Below are positions 1 through 9,900 of a stretch of 64,000 nt of DNA, one piece after another. Positions within the stretch are counted from its first letter, which is position 1; each line of letters begins with the position of its first letter. A model generated the notes under the pieces. It saw nothing but the letters and a program-made list of their open reading frames with translations, was not told where the DNA came from and made no database searches. The stretch is from a virus. The stretch covers positions 1,009 to 65,008 of the IMG/VR virus record IMGVR_UViG_2857898870_000003. One strand, written 5' to 3'. A program made the position numbers and the translations under genes.

Positions 1-135
1 AATGGTGTTCCGATGGAGGTGGTGTCCAAGATGCTTGGTCATACAAATATAAAAACAACACAAATCTATGCGAAGGTGCTCAACACAGAGGTCGAGAAAG
101 GATTTGATGTCTTGGAGCGAAAGATGAAGGTTTAG
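1..135 (+). CDS. Tyrosine recombinase/integrase, C-terminal fragment (5' truncated by window edge)
   Basis: Frame 1 translates NGVPMEVVSKMLGHTNIKTTQIYAKVLNTEVEKGFDVLERKMKV*. The GHTNIKTTQIYAKV region matches the conserved C-terminus around the catalytic Tyr of Bacteroides-type tyrosine recombinases. Stop at 133-135. Confidence 0.7.
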   Translation, partial: NGVPMEVVSKMLGHTNIKTTQIYAKVLNTEVEKGFDVLERKMKV

Positions 136-154
136 CGACAAATAGACCAATAAA

Positions 155-196
155 ACACGCCCGTGTCAGAAAAAACACGGGCGTTATACTTTTATT
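155..196. terminator. Bidirectional rho-independent terminator between convergent genes
   Basis: Perfect 9-bp inverted repeat acgcccgtg (157-165) / cacgggcgt (176-184) with an A-rich loop, followed by a T-rich run (tatacttttatt). Lies between the + integrase end (135) and the minus ORF end (212). Confidence 0.5.
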
Positions 197-211
197 ATGC
201 GACAAATAGGA

Positions 212-424
212 CTATTTTGTTCTTTCGACCAAAATCTTTGAAATTCGAACTTGCAGTTGCTGCAACTCGATATTATTCAGTTCTTCCAAATCAATGTTCG
301 CTATTTTTACTTTCCGATTTTCGTCGAAATTGTTTTTCTTCTCCTCGATAAGAGCGGTTACTAACTCGTCTATTTGACCCTTGATTTTCTCTCCTTTTAA
401 CTTGTAATCCGTTGTTCTTGCCAT
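212..424 (-). CDS. Hypothetical small protein (70 aa), coiled-coil-like
   Basis: ORF track only. No recognisable motif. Confidence 0.3.
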   Translation of the reverse strand: MARTTDYKLKGEKIKGQIDELVTALIEEKKNNFDENRKVKIANIDLEELNNIELQQLQVRISKILVERTK

Positions 425-441
425 AATATTAGTTTTTAATG

Positions 442-657
442 TTATTTATTTTCGATGAAATCTAGCTGATATCCTAATGCGTCTCCTATTTTGGACAGGA
501 TGTCTATACCAGTGCTGTATTTACCTGTCTCTATCCGGGCGATGTTGCCCGGCGCTAGGCCTGTAAGTTCAGCTAGTTTGTATTGTGATATCCCGGCCTC
601 CATGCGGAGCTGGGCTATTCTTTTACCGATTCTTTCTCTATTATTCATCTTGGGCAT
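442..657 (-). CDS. XRE-family helix-turn-helix transcriptional regulator (71 aa)
   Basis: RIAQLRMEAGISQYKLAELTGLAPGNIARIETGK is a textbook XRE/Cro-C1 HTH. Overlaps the upstream ORF 641-979 by 17 nt (coupled pair). Confidence 0.7.
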   Translation of the reverse strand: MPKMNNRERIGKRIAQLRMEAGISQYKLAELTGLAPGNIARIETGKYSTGIDILSKIGDALGYQLDFIENK

Positions 658-979
658 CCTCCCAATCGCAATAATTGCAATACCATACTGCGCATTTTTT
701 CATTATCCCTAATAACATTTCCCGGTCTTCCACAGGATCAAGAGTACAGCTATGATGCAAGGCCATCAACAGCCTCTCGGTTCTTGATCCTTCGTTCTTG
801 AATTTAAATGTCAATACATTCGGATTAAGCCCTATTGCGTCAAAGTCCCTGTCAAACACCTCGAAAACGGAAGCCGATCGTACATGCTCGATGATTGTAC
901 GATCGCCCAATAAGTTCCCTTCATGAGAGTGGGCGTCCCAAAATACCCACTCCGGTAGATTAAGTTCTATTTGTTTCAT
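641..979 (-). CDS. Hypothetical protein (112 aa); candidate toxin-like partner of the downstream XRE HTH gene
   Basis: ORF overlapping and co-oriented with the HTH gene (HigB/HigA-like toxin-upstream arrangement). No catalytic motif identified. Inference only. Confidence 0.25.
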   Translation of the reverse strand: MKQIELNLPEWVFWDAHSHEGNLLGDRTIIEHVRSASVFEVFDRDFDAIGLNPNVLTFKFKNEGSRTERLLMALHHSCTLDPVEDREMLLGIMKKCAVWYCNYCDWEDAQDE

Positions 980-1191
980 AAATTATTGTAGGCCTCTACT
1001 ATTTTTAAATAACAATGCCGACGGGCATCATTATGTTTTTCTTTGTTCGAATCGTCATTGATCCAATCCCAAGCCTCTGAATCCGTGGTACGAACCTTTA
1101 TGTTTTGCTCCCTGTAACGTGCCTCGATCACATATTGACCATAACCGTTACCTCTTCTCATCTCAAAATTAACTTTTCTGAAAGTTGCCAT
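976..1191 (-). CDS. DUF3873-like small protein (71 aa), of the kind carried by Bacteroides mobile elements
   Basis: MATFRKVNFEMRRGNGYGQYVIEARYREQNIKVRTTDSEAWDWINDDSNKEKH resembles my recollection of DUF3873 family members (about 70 aa; FEMRRGNGYGQY..TTDS..DW..DDS). 4-nt overlap with the upstream ORF. Confidence 0.4.
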   Translation of the reverse strand: MATFRKVNFEMRRGNGYGQYVIEARYREQNIKVRTTDSEAWDWINDDSNKEKHNDARRHCYLKIVEAYNNL

Positions 1192-1234
1192 GTCTTTACG
1201 CCGCTTATAGGTTGCCGCCCTTTCCTTATTTAGA

Positions 1235-1468
1235 TCAATTATTTACAGTTATTACCGTGTAAAATGGAGCCTCCATCCCTACTTGACAGTAGGCTTTGCC
1301 TTCTTTGTCTACCCAAACAGCCTTACCATAGCTGCTATCTGGATGATTGGTAGTGGAGGTTACTTCAATCTCTTCGCCATTAAAATTATTTTTAAGATAT
1401 GTTTTCATAGATATTAATTTAAAAATCGTATTGCTCGACACCCAAAGGGAGTAAAAGAGGCTCACCAT
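1235..1468 (-). CDS. Hypothetical protein (real start probably internal, at the MKTYLKNNF methionine)
   Basis: ORF track only. Overlaps 1419-1805, so its boundaries are uncertain. Confidence 0.25.
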   Translation of the reverse strand: MVSLFYSLWVSSNTIFKLISMKTYLKNNFNGEEIEVTSTTNHPDSSYGKAVWVDKEGKAYCQVGMEAPFYTVITVNN

Positions 1469-1805
1469 CGCTTCCTTTTATCGGAAGCAATATGCCTTCA
1501 AATACAATCTTCTCTCTATCCGTAAACCATAAAGAAGACCCTATTTCTTTTTCCCCGACCAAATTAGACGCTGACACACCCATTTCTTTTTTATTATCAG
1601 CATAATTGTAGGAGCATCCATTAGGTAAATCACCATATCTTTCAGCTTTAACTATCTTGGTGAAATCAACTTCTACACCTTCATATCCTAAATCGTAAGA
1701 TGCTTGCAAAACAGGAGTGTACCAACCACAAAGATCACATTCTTTAGCGTGTCTTTTGCCTAATTCGTAGGCTCTTTTATAATCGCTTACTGTAATTTCT
1801 CTCAT
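1419..1805 (-). CDS. Hypothetical protein (128 aa)
   Basis: ORF with plausible globular composition (CDLCGWYTPVLQASYDLGYEG). No assignable family. Confidence 0.35.
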   Translation of the reverse strand: MREITVSDYKRAYELGKRHAKECDLCGWYTPVLQASYDLGYEGVEVDFTKIVKAERYGDLPNGCSYNYADNKKEMGVSASNLVGEKEIGSSLWFTDREKIVFEGILLPIKGSDGEPLLLPLGVEQYDF

Positions 1806-1913
1806 TTCCTTTACGCCGCTTATCCGTTGCCGCCGGTTATTGTTATTTTGATGTTACAAAAATACTATCAAATTTGATAGTATGCAAGTTTTTCAATGGT
1901 TATTTTTTATGCT

Positions 1914-2180
1914 TTATGGCATATTTTCGTTCTCTTTATCCTCCAAGACTTTTTTAAGCTGATAGAGGCTTATGATATCATATTCAAACGTAGGATTTTC
2001 CCAGTTCTTCCGGACGGAGTTCGTTTGGACCGAGATAAATTTTCGTAAGTCAAAGATATATTGACATTGTGACAGTCTTATCTCGTTAAATGTTATCTCG
2101 TAGTTATCAAACCACTCTAAAAGTTGTTTAAGCTCTTCGTTCATGGTATATAATAAAATTTGTTCCCGCGAATATACCAA
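1914..2180 (-). CDS. Hypothetical protein (88 aa)
   Basis: ORF track only. Confidence 0.3.
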   Translation of the reverse strand: MVYSREQILLYTMNEELKQLLEWFDNYEITFNEIRLSQCQYIFDLRKFISVQTNSVRKNWENPTFEYDIISLYQLKKVLEDKENENMP

Positions 2181-2338
2181 TAATGCCTATATGACCGGAC
2201 CTAACTATATACGAATGATTCGTAGATGATAGAAAACAGTATAGAATAGTTGATTTTTTGGTGTCCGATGGGAGATAATGATCAAAGTAACAAACACGAG
2301 TCACTTTATTTATCTCTTTTGCGAGAAAAGACAAGATT

Positions 2339-2905
2339 ATGATCGGATCTATAGTTGGAGCCGCCAGTTCCTTGGCGAGTGGCATTGCCGGGGGAATAAA
2401 GGCAAGGAAGGCGGCTAGAAAAGCGAACGCCGTGTTGGACCAGAGTGCCAAGGAGAACGAGGATTGGTACAACAGGAGATACAATGAGGATTATACCCAA
2501 AGCGCGGAGGCGCAAGCCGCCTTGACCAAGGCAAGGGAATTAGCGGATGAGCAGTACCGTAAAGCCTCCGGTACCGCCGCGGTCGTAGGTGCTACTGATG
2601 AGTCCGTAGCTCAGGCCAAGAAAGCGGCGGGCGAGGTGATATCCGATACCGCCAGTGGTATAGCCACTAACGCTACCGCACGGAAGGATGCCGTGGAATC
2701 CCAATATCTCAACACCAAGAATAATATCAGTAACCAAAGGCTGTCTATCTATAATCAACAGGCGGCAAACGCCACGCAGGCGGCTAATCAAGGGATGCAA
2801 GCGGGTATGAACTTGGTAGGGGCTGACATGCAATCTCATCTTGATACTAGCAAGGGATTGTTCGGTAATTTGTGGGGGAACATAAAAAAGAATCTGTGGA
2901 CATGA
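2339..2905 (+). CDS. Hypothetical protein (188 aa): Gly-zipper hydrophobic N-terminus then a basic stretch; possible virion/ejection protein
   Basis: MIGSIVGAASSLASGIAGGIKARKAARKA, then a Q/A/N-rich sequence. First gene of the plus-strand block that ends in the giant ORF. Confidence 0.4.
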   Translation: MIGSIVGAASSLASGIAGGIKARKAARKANAVLDQSAKENEDWYNRRYNEDYTQSAEAQAALTKARELADEQYRKASGTAAVVGATDESVAQAKKAAGEVISDTASGIATNATARKDAVESQYLNTKNNISNQRLSIYNQQAANATQAANQGMQAGMNLVGADMQSHLDTSKGLFGNLWGNIKKNLWT

Positions 2906-3933
2906 CGACATTGACGGAAAGATATAATAGGAAAAGGACCCCGGTCGTTCAGAGGCCGGAGTTATCCACTACGCCATTGGTTGAGCCGGAGGTTGCCGGA
3001 AGCCAGAACCCTGTCGCTCCAACCGTGGATAATACGGATGAGACCGCTCCACAAACTAACGTTGGCGAGCCTCGGTTGAACGATTATCAGTGGAGCAGGA
3101 GATTCTTCGATGAGTACATGACTCCTCCTATAACCAAGGAAGAGGAGGAAAGGCGAAAACGTGCGGCTTCGGCTGTGACGGGAATAGGGCATCTAGGGAA
3201 CGTGTTATCATCGTTCGCCAATCTTGCGTTTGCGGGAGAAGCACCTTCGCAGAAACTACCTACCGTAGCTGATCCTAAACTACAATCTTATTCTGACAGG
3301 TTGGAGGCTATCAGGCAAAGATATGGGGCCGGATATCTGGCCGCAAGGCAAAACGATATGAATAACTATCAAAGGGCGTTATCTCTGTATAGACAGGATC
3401 AAGCTAGAAAAGCCCAGAATGATTTGGCAAAAGCCAAGATCGCACAAAGTGACGCTCAATTCGCAATAAAGAATGACAGGGAGGAGCGGAAGATGAAACA
3501 GGATGCCGCATATAAAGAGAGAGAGTTGGGTATAAGGCAATCCAATCTCCGTAGTCTTGAGCAATATCGTACCGCTAAAGCTAATGGTTCTGGAGCGGAT
3601 AAGTCTATTGACATCATCGGCAGAAACGGTAAACGTTTCACTTTGTCCGGTAAGGATAAAGATGGGGTTATCGCTTATATGTATAAGAGGATGTTGGAGT
3701 ATGCGGAAGAAAATAAAGATAAAAACAAGAGCGTATCGGATGTAACGTGGCAGCTTGGTGAAGGTGGAGACCAAAAGACCAAACAAGCCGCTATTGTCAT
3801 GAGTAATATTCAGAATTTCCCGGAATTATACGATGAGTTTGATAAGGTAATCGGATCGGGAGGTTCTTCTAGTACTAACAAGAAAAATGTAGGTTGGGAT
3901 AATAATTCAAGTTCTAAAAATGTAGGTTGGTAA
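2872..3933 (+). CDS. Hypothetical protein (about 344-353 aa); likely true start is the ATG at 2902, overlapping the upstream TGA (ATGA)
   Basis: Long ORF. The ATG at 2902-2904 overlaps the upstream stop at 2903-2905, suggesting translational coupling. C-terminus carries a short duplicated KNVGW motif. Confidence 0.45.
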   Translation: MGEHKKESVDMTTLTERYNRKRTPVVQRPELSTTPLVEPEVAGSQNPVAPTVDNTDETAPQTNVGEPRLNDYQWSRRFFDEYMTPPITKEEEERRKRAASAVTGIGHLGNVLSSFANLAFAGEAPSQKLPTVADPKLQSYSDRLEAIRQRYGAGYLAARQNDMNNYQRALSLYRQDQARKAQNDLAKAKIAQSDAQFAIKNDREERKMKQDAAYKERELGIRQSNLRSLEQYRTAKANGSGADKSIDIIGRNGKRFTLSGKDKDGVIAYMYKRMLEYAEENKDKNKSVSDVTWQLGEGGDQKTKQAAIVMSNIQNFPELYDEFDKVIGSGGSSSTNKKNVGWDNNSSSKNVGW

Positions 3934-3937
3934 AATT

Positions 3938-6900
3938 ATGGAAGGGAACAATACCAGAAAATTATATGACGCTTTAAAAAGCGATGGATATACCGATTTG
4001 GGCGATTTTTCCTCTTTTGAGGGAAAATTGAAAGACTCGGGTAAGCGTGAAATGCTTTATGAGGTCTTGAAAAAAGATGGATGGCAAGATTTAGGTGATT
4101 TCTCCCAATTCGAAAGCAAATTAGGCTATGCTCCAATTAATAACGAGAATATTAAAGAAACAGATTATGATTCCCAATCAAGTGTTAATCCTGCACCTAT
4201 CGCTTTAAGACAGGAGGTTGACGTGCCTATGAAGGATCAATCGGAATACGTTAATCCGTGGACGAACTCACCTGATTACAATTTTGAGTCCTTGCGTAAA
4301 AAAGGAAAGATTGAGACCGCTACTCCTCCACCTCCTACGGAGTATGAGAAGGATTCTTCTTTTATGAATACTTGGGCTGGAGACGCCATACAGAAACTTA
4401 ACGCAGGAGGTGCCGATCTTGGTGCCGGTATCTTTGGGGTCTTGGATAAGGAGTCCAAAGGACTGGAATCCGCAACTGGAGGATTGATCTCACGTGGCGG
4501 GGCATTCAAGGATATCTCAGATAGATTTAAGGCTGATGCGGAGTTTTCCCGGGCAAGGTCAAACAGATACAATGGCAAGGATTTCACCGATCTTTGGAAA
4601 GAAGGGAATTATATGGGTGCCATAGGTGATATAGCCTTGCAAGGCGTAGAGTCGCTTCCGATGTCAATCGGGGCCATGGCCGCTACAATGGCCGGAGCTC
4701 CAGCTGCCGGACTCGCTGGTATAGGGTCAATAGTGGCTAGCCAGAAATATGATGATCTCGATCAGAATAACCCAAACATGGAAGAGTTCGCAAAGGTATC
4801 TAACGCTATTCTTACTGGTACGGCAGAATCCTTGTCTGAGATGCTGGGCGCAGGCGTATCCAAGGCTTGGATGTCAACCTTATTCAAGACGTTAGGAAAG
4901 GAAAAGGCGCAAGAGGCTATCAAGCGTGGCATAATGGGTAAGATGCAAGAGTACTATAAAAAATTCGGCATGTTTTTCGAGCCTGTAAATGAAGGTATCG
5001 AAGAAGTATCTTCCACGCTAGCGGAGAATATAACGGATAAGATAACTGATGCGGATCCGGAAAGGGATTTGACCGATGGTGTATTGCAGAGCTTTGTCTA
5101 TGGTATGGGAGGCGGCGCTTATTTTACTGGTACCGGAGCGTTGGCTAAAGGTGCGCAATACGTAGCGGATAAAATAGGAGGCAAACAGGCTCAGCAGCCT
5201 ATCACCGATCCCAATGTAACAGATCAAGGCGTTGAAACTCCTCCTCTGTCTAGGTTTGCCGAGGCAGAGGAGGAAGGTCGAAATATGACTGATCCGGGCG
5301 ATATACGGACGGCGAGCAAAAAGATGGAAGAGACAAGGCTTTCCCTATCTGGAATGGTTCCGGGTTTGGCTAGTACGATAGAAAGCTATGTGGATGATGG
5401 AGCTAGCGAGGCCCAAGTGATGAGTCTTCTTGATGGAGTTAATGCGGATGCCCGTCCGTTAGCCGAGGATTTCTACGCTGATTATCTCAGGATATCCGGT
5501 TTGCAGGATCGTATAGGCGATGAAATAGACAATGAGGTTGAAACTTACGTTGCCAATAATATTACTCCTTATGTTACCACGAATCCTGAAGGCCAGTCTA
5601 TTGTTACCATGGCTACGCTTAGCGAAGGAAATGAGAAAATACCTGTGTACGTTAGGAGTATCGAGGGAGATAAAGCCGTTATTTCCGATAACGGACAGGA
5701 TCGGATGGTTTCAGCGAAAAGGTTGAGCGATATAGTCGAGCAAGATGCTGGTCGTATGAGACGGACCTATGAGGATCAATTATTGGCTACCCGCCAGTCC
5801 GAACTTGATATGGCCATGAATCATAATCCCAAGACGCAATTACCCAAGCCGGGATTGGTCATATGGAACGGGGATAATGCGTTTATCCTTCAAGGACAAG
5901 ATGAGAACGGTGATTGGATCGCTCAACCTGCGGCTTTGGACAAGGAGACAGGACAGGTAGCGCCGAAGGCGGGATCAGCTCCGGCTATGCCTATTGCGGA
6001 GAGGGATATTCTTGCTCTTCAAGATGCCATGTACGATGCTCAACAAGCTAATGAGGTATCGCAAGATATTGATAATGTTACCAGTGTTGATTCCGATATA
6101 ACTTCTGTATCCCCTGTGGCCGCTACAATCACCCAGCCAACGAGTGAGATTGAGACGGAAGGTGCCATTGATCAGATAGCACAACCTAGCAATGTAGAGA
6201 ATCCTTCCATGGTCATGCGAGAAGATGGTACACCCGATTTCGTATCATCAGGAACGGATATGGCCTTGGATTTCCTCCATGATAAATACGGAGAGAAGAT
6301 GCCAAGGAAGATCGAGGTGACGAGAAAGTCTTTCGATGAAAGCCTTAAAAAAGCGTCTGATGCCTTGGAAAAGGCGCAAGAGGCATACGATGATGCCCCT
6401 ATCGGAAAAGAGGATAAGGCCGAGGCCGCATTGATAAAAGCCCGACAAGAATATGAGGCGATCAAGGTCGAGGCTGATTTCTGGGCTAATCTTGATGATG
6501 ATATCAAGGAGGCCAGCAAGAAGCCGGGTGATGTCATAGCGAAGGAGATCTCCGTGATAGGTGATCCTATGAGCGGAGAGGAGCTTGCGGCCATGATGCT
6601 GGCTAATGGGGCGATCAAATTGACACGTGACAGTTACAAGAAAGAGACCGGTGCCGGGAATAATGAGACAGCGAGGATGTTCGGACTGTTCGCCTCTCCG
6701 GAGAAAGGCGGTGTTAATATAGAGAGGGCGGGTGAGATATTGGAGCTTGCCGATAGGGAGAATGGCACTAACTTCTTCGATGAGAACGATACGAACGCCG
6801 GAAGGGACGCTATCATAGAGGTCTTGTCTTCCGCTCATACACGTGGAGACTTGATTGATTATGTCAAGAGGAATCGTGAGGCGATCGCTGAGCGTGAGAG

Positions 6901-9900
6901 ACAGGCCGAGTACAACGCTTACGCTGAGTGGTGCGAGGAGAATTATCATATGTCCCCGGAAGAATACGAGGCGTATGAGGAAAGCATGGTACGTGATTTC
7001 TCGGAGAAACAATTGACTGATGAGGAGCGAGGCGAGCTTGATTCGCAAATCGTGGATGAAATACAGGCCATAATTGACGAACAAAATGAAATAGACGCTA
7101 TCTTAGCGCAAAATAAACCGATAGAAAATGAAAACATTGAAGGAAATGACGAAAGCGGAGGCGATGGCTTACGCGAGGGAGGCGGCGAGGTACTGCCAAG
7201 AGAACAACTTGATCAGACCGGGGGAACTGGAGAGGTTGAGGGAAGAGAATCGGCTGGCCCCGACATTGATCGCACGGATGGAGCTACACAAGAAGGCTCA
7301 TCAAGGGGGCTAGTTCCTTTTGTCGCTCCTTCTCCAAAGGAGAATGAGACCCCATTGGACTATGCCGAGCGCATAGTTCAGGCTAAGAGATTGCACGATG
7401 AGGAGCTAAAGGTTGACACAAACCCTTCCGAGGCGCAGAAAGAGGCCGGGAATTACAAGAAAGGGCACATAAAGATAAACGGTTTCGATGTTTCCATAGA
7501 ACAGCCCGTTGGTTCCGTCCGTTCAGGTAAGGACGCTAGCGGAAAGGAGTGGTCGCAGGTCATGAATAACACTTACGGTTACATTCGAGGCACTGAAAGT
7601 GTGGATGGTGATCATATAGACGTATTCCTAGGTCCGGATATGAATAGTGACATGGTGTATGTCGTGGATCAGGTGAATACTGATGGCTCATTCGATGAGC
7701 ATAAGGTTATGATGGGATTCTCTTCCTTGGAAGACGCAAGGTCCGCTTACTTGTCAAACTATGGGGAAGGTTGGCAAGGGTTAGGCAACATTACCGGGGT
7801 AGCGTTGGATGAGTTCAAGAAATGGATTGATTCTTCAATCCGGAAGACCAAACCGTTCTCTGAATATAAAGGAATTAAACGGGAGGAAGATATTGCCCCC
7901 CGAAAAGTAAAGAAATTGTCTTTGGTTGATAAAGACGATTATATAACCTCCGCAGAGCGGAAGCATATAAAAGCGTTTCTGGAGAGTGGATTGAAAGAGG
8001 CAAGGGTAAACAACTCTATCTATGAGATTTCTAATATTGGTGATGATGGTGTTTATGAGATCGTAAGGCGGTTTAACTATACCGATCCATTGACCTTGGT
8101 GAAAGATGAGAACGGTAAACTAGTTAATAAGCGAGGGGAGGGTGAACATGTTATAAGGGTAAAGCCCACTTTTGAGGAGATAAGGCCGGATAGTGGTATT
8201 CGTTTCCGAGAAGTAAAAGATAAGAATGGCGAAAAGTCCTTGGTTGGGTTACATAATATCAGTGAAGAAAAACTTCGAAAAGCATTGAGACAAGGAGGCT
8301 TCGCCAATCCGAGTGCGGCCGTTATAGACATATCCAGACAATCGCATACTGGCTATGGTTCCATATCGCTTGTACTTCCCTCTTCCATGATTGAGAAACG
8401 TACTGGAAAAAATGCTGGTACTTGGAGTCAAGACGCATGGACACCCATTTATCCAACTATAGAGAGGCAGTTTTCAGGGAAAGGCAGTGACGCATTTTCA
8501 AAAGACTTGCAAAAACTTCCAGAGGAAATGCGGTCGACAACCAAAAGTGGGATGAACAGCTATATGGATGGAAGAGGCGAGGATAGTCTTGCTTATATGT
8601 ATTTATATGAGCAAGGTAAAGCTCCGGAAATAGCCCGTACAAAGCCTTCATATCCGGAGAAAACAAGAACCGAAGTTGAAGATGCCACAAATGGATCGTT
8701 CTCTATGAGTGGTTTGTCTGACAAGCAATTGTCCCGTCTGAAAGATGCCTATATGGAATATAAAGGATTTAGTACGGAAGGTTACAATGAGGCGATAAAA
8801 CTTCGTAGAGCCAAGCTTGAAGAAGCTATAGGGAAAATGAATCCAAGATCAATCCTCTACGAGAAACGTAAGATGGATCTTGAACGAATCGATAAGTATG
8901 GGTTTGATTACTCTGCGGTAGAAAGCTTCATGAAATCAGTACGTGATGACATAAGCAATTCCGACAAGGTTGATGCTCACGGAACAATGCGCGATTCATG
9001 GAATTTCATAGAAGAAAATGGAATGCGAGGCGATTTTAACAAGTGGCTCGATAAATTGAATGAAAGGTACGGGATAAAAGAAATTATTTTTAACGGATTT
9101 ACTCCTTCCGGTATAAGAAAGTACATTCCTAACACCTTGGAGAACGTATCCAAGTTTATGAAGAAGCAAGGAAGAAGCGCATCTGTCGGAATAGGTGCGT
9201 CGTTCCAAAATTTCGCTGCGAGTTTGCTGGATGCTAAAGGCTCACTGAAAGATATACGCAAGGATAAAGGGAAGCTGACTACGGATCATGCTGACGTTGA
9301 CGCTTTCAGGGATAAATGGTCTAAGGTATTTCATGAGTTAGGAGAAAAATTGCAACCGGATGCCAAAGGATATGACGACTACGGTCTATACAGGTTGGCG
9401 GAAGCGGCACGAAGCAAAGACCCTCAAAAATATATAAAGGAAGAATATGGGATAGATTTTTCTGATGAGGATGTGAAGACGCTGAATGAGATGGTGGATG
9501 CCATAAGGAATGAATATCCGGCAATGTACTTCGAGACTAAGTTTGAACGTCCTGTATATTTGGAGGAATTTGCTGCCGCTGTAGTCCCGGATAACGTAGA
9601 TGGTGACATTCGTAAGGCGATATACGATGCGGGTTTGAAAATATTCACTTATAAAGCCGATGATGAGATATCGAGAAATGAGGCAGTTAAGCAAGCCTCA
9701 GAAATTGATGGCGTTCGTTTTCGTTCTATAGGTGATAAAGGTGCTGCTAATTTAAATAAGGCTGAAACTATTGAATCCTCAATCAACGATTGGTCAAACA
9801 AGCTTAATACCCCTGTCAGGGTAATCCATGACGTGGACGATATAACCGATACGGATGAGAATATGTTGGCCCGTAAGAGAGATTCCAAAGGCTGGTATGA

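Noticed and set aside
6248-7084. 278-aa minus-strand ORF (plus several others at 6172-6618, 10291-10968, 12586-13080) inside the giant + ORF
   Set aside because: Antisense to a 10-kb stop-free gene. Low-complexity translations (Ser/Leu/Ile-rich) are typical of non-coding antisense frames. Treated as spurious.
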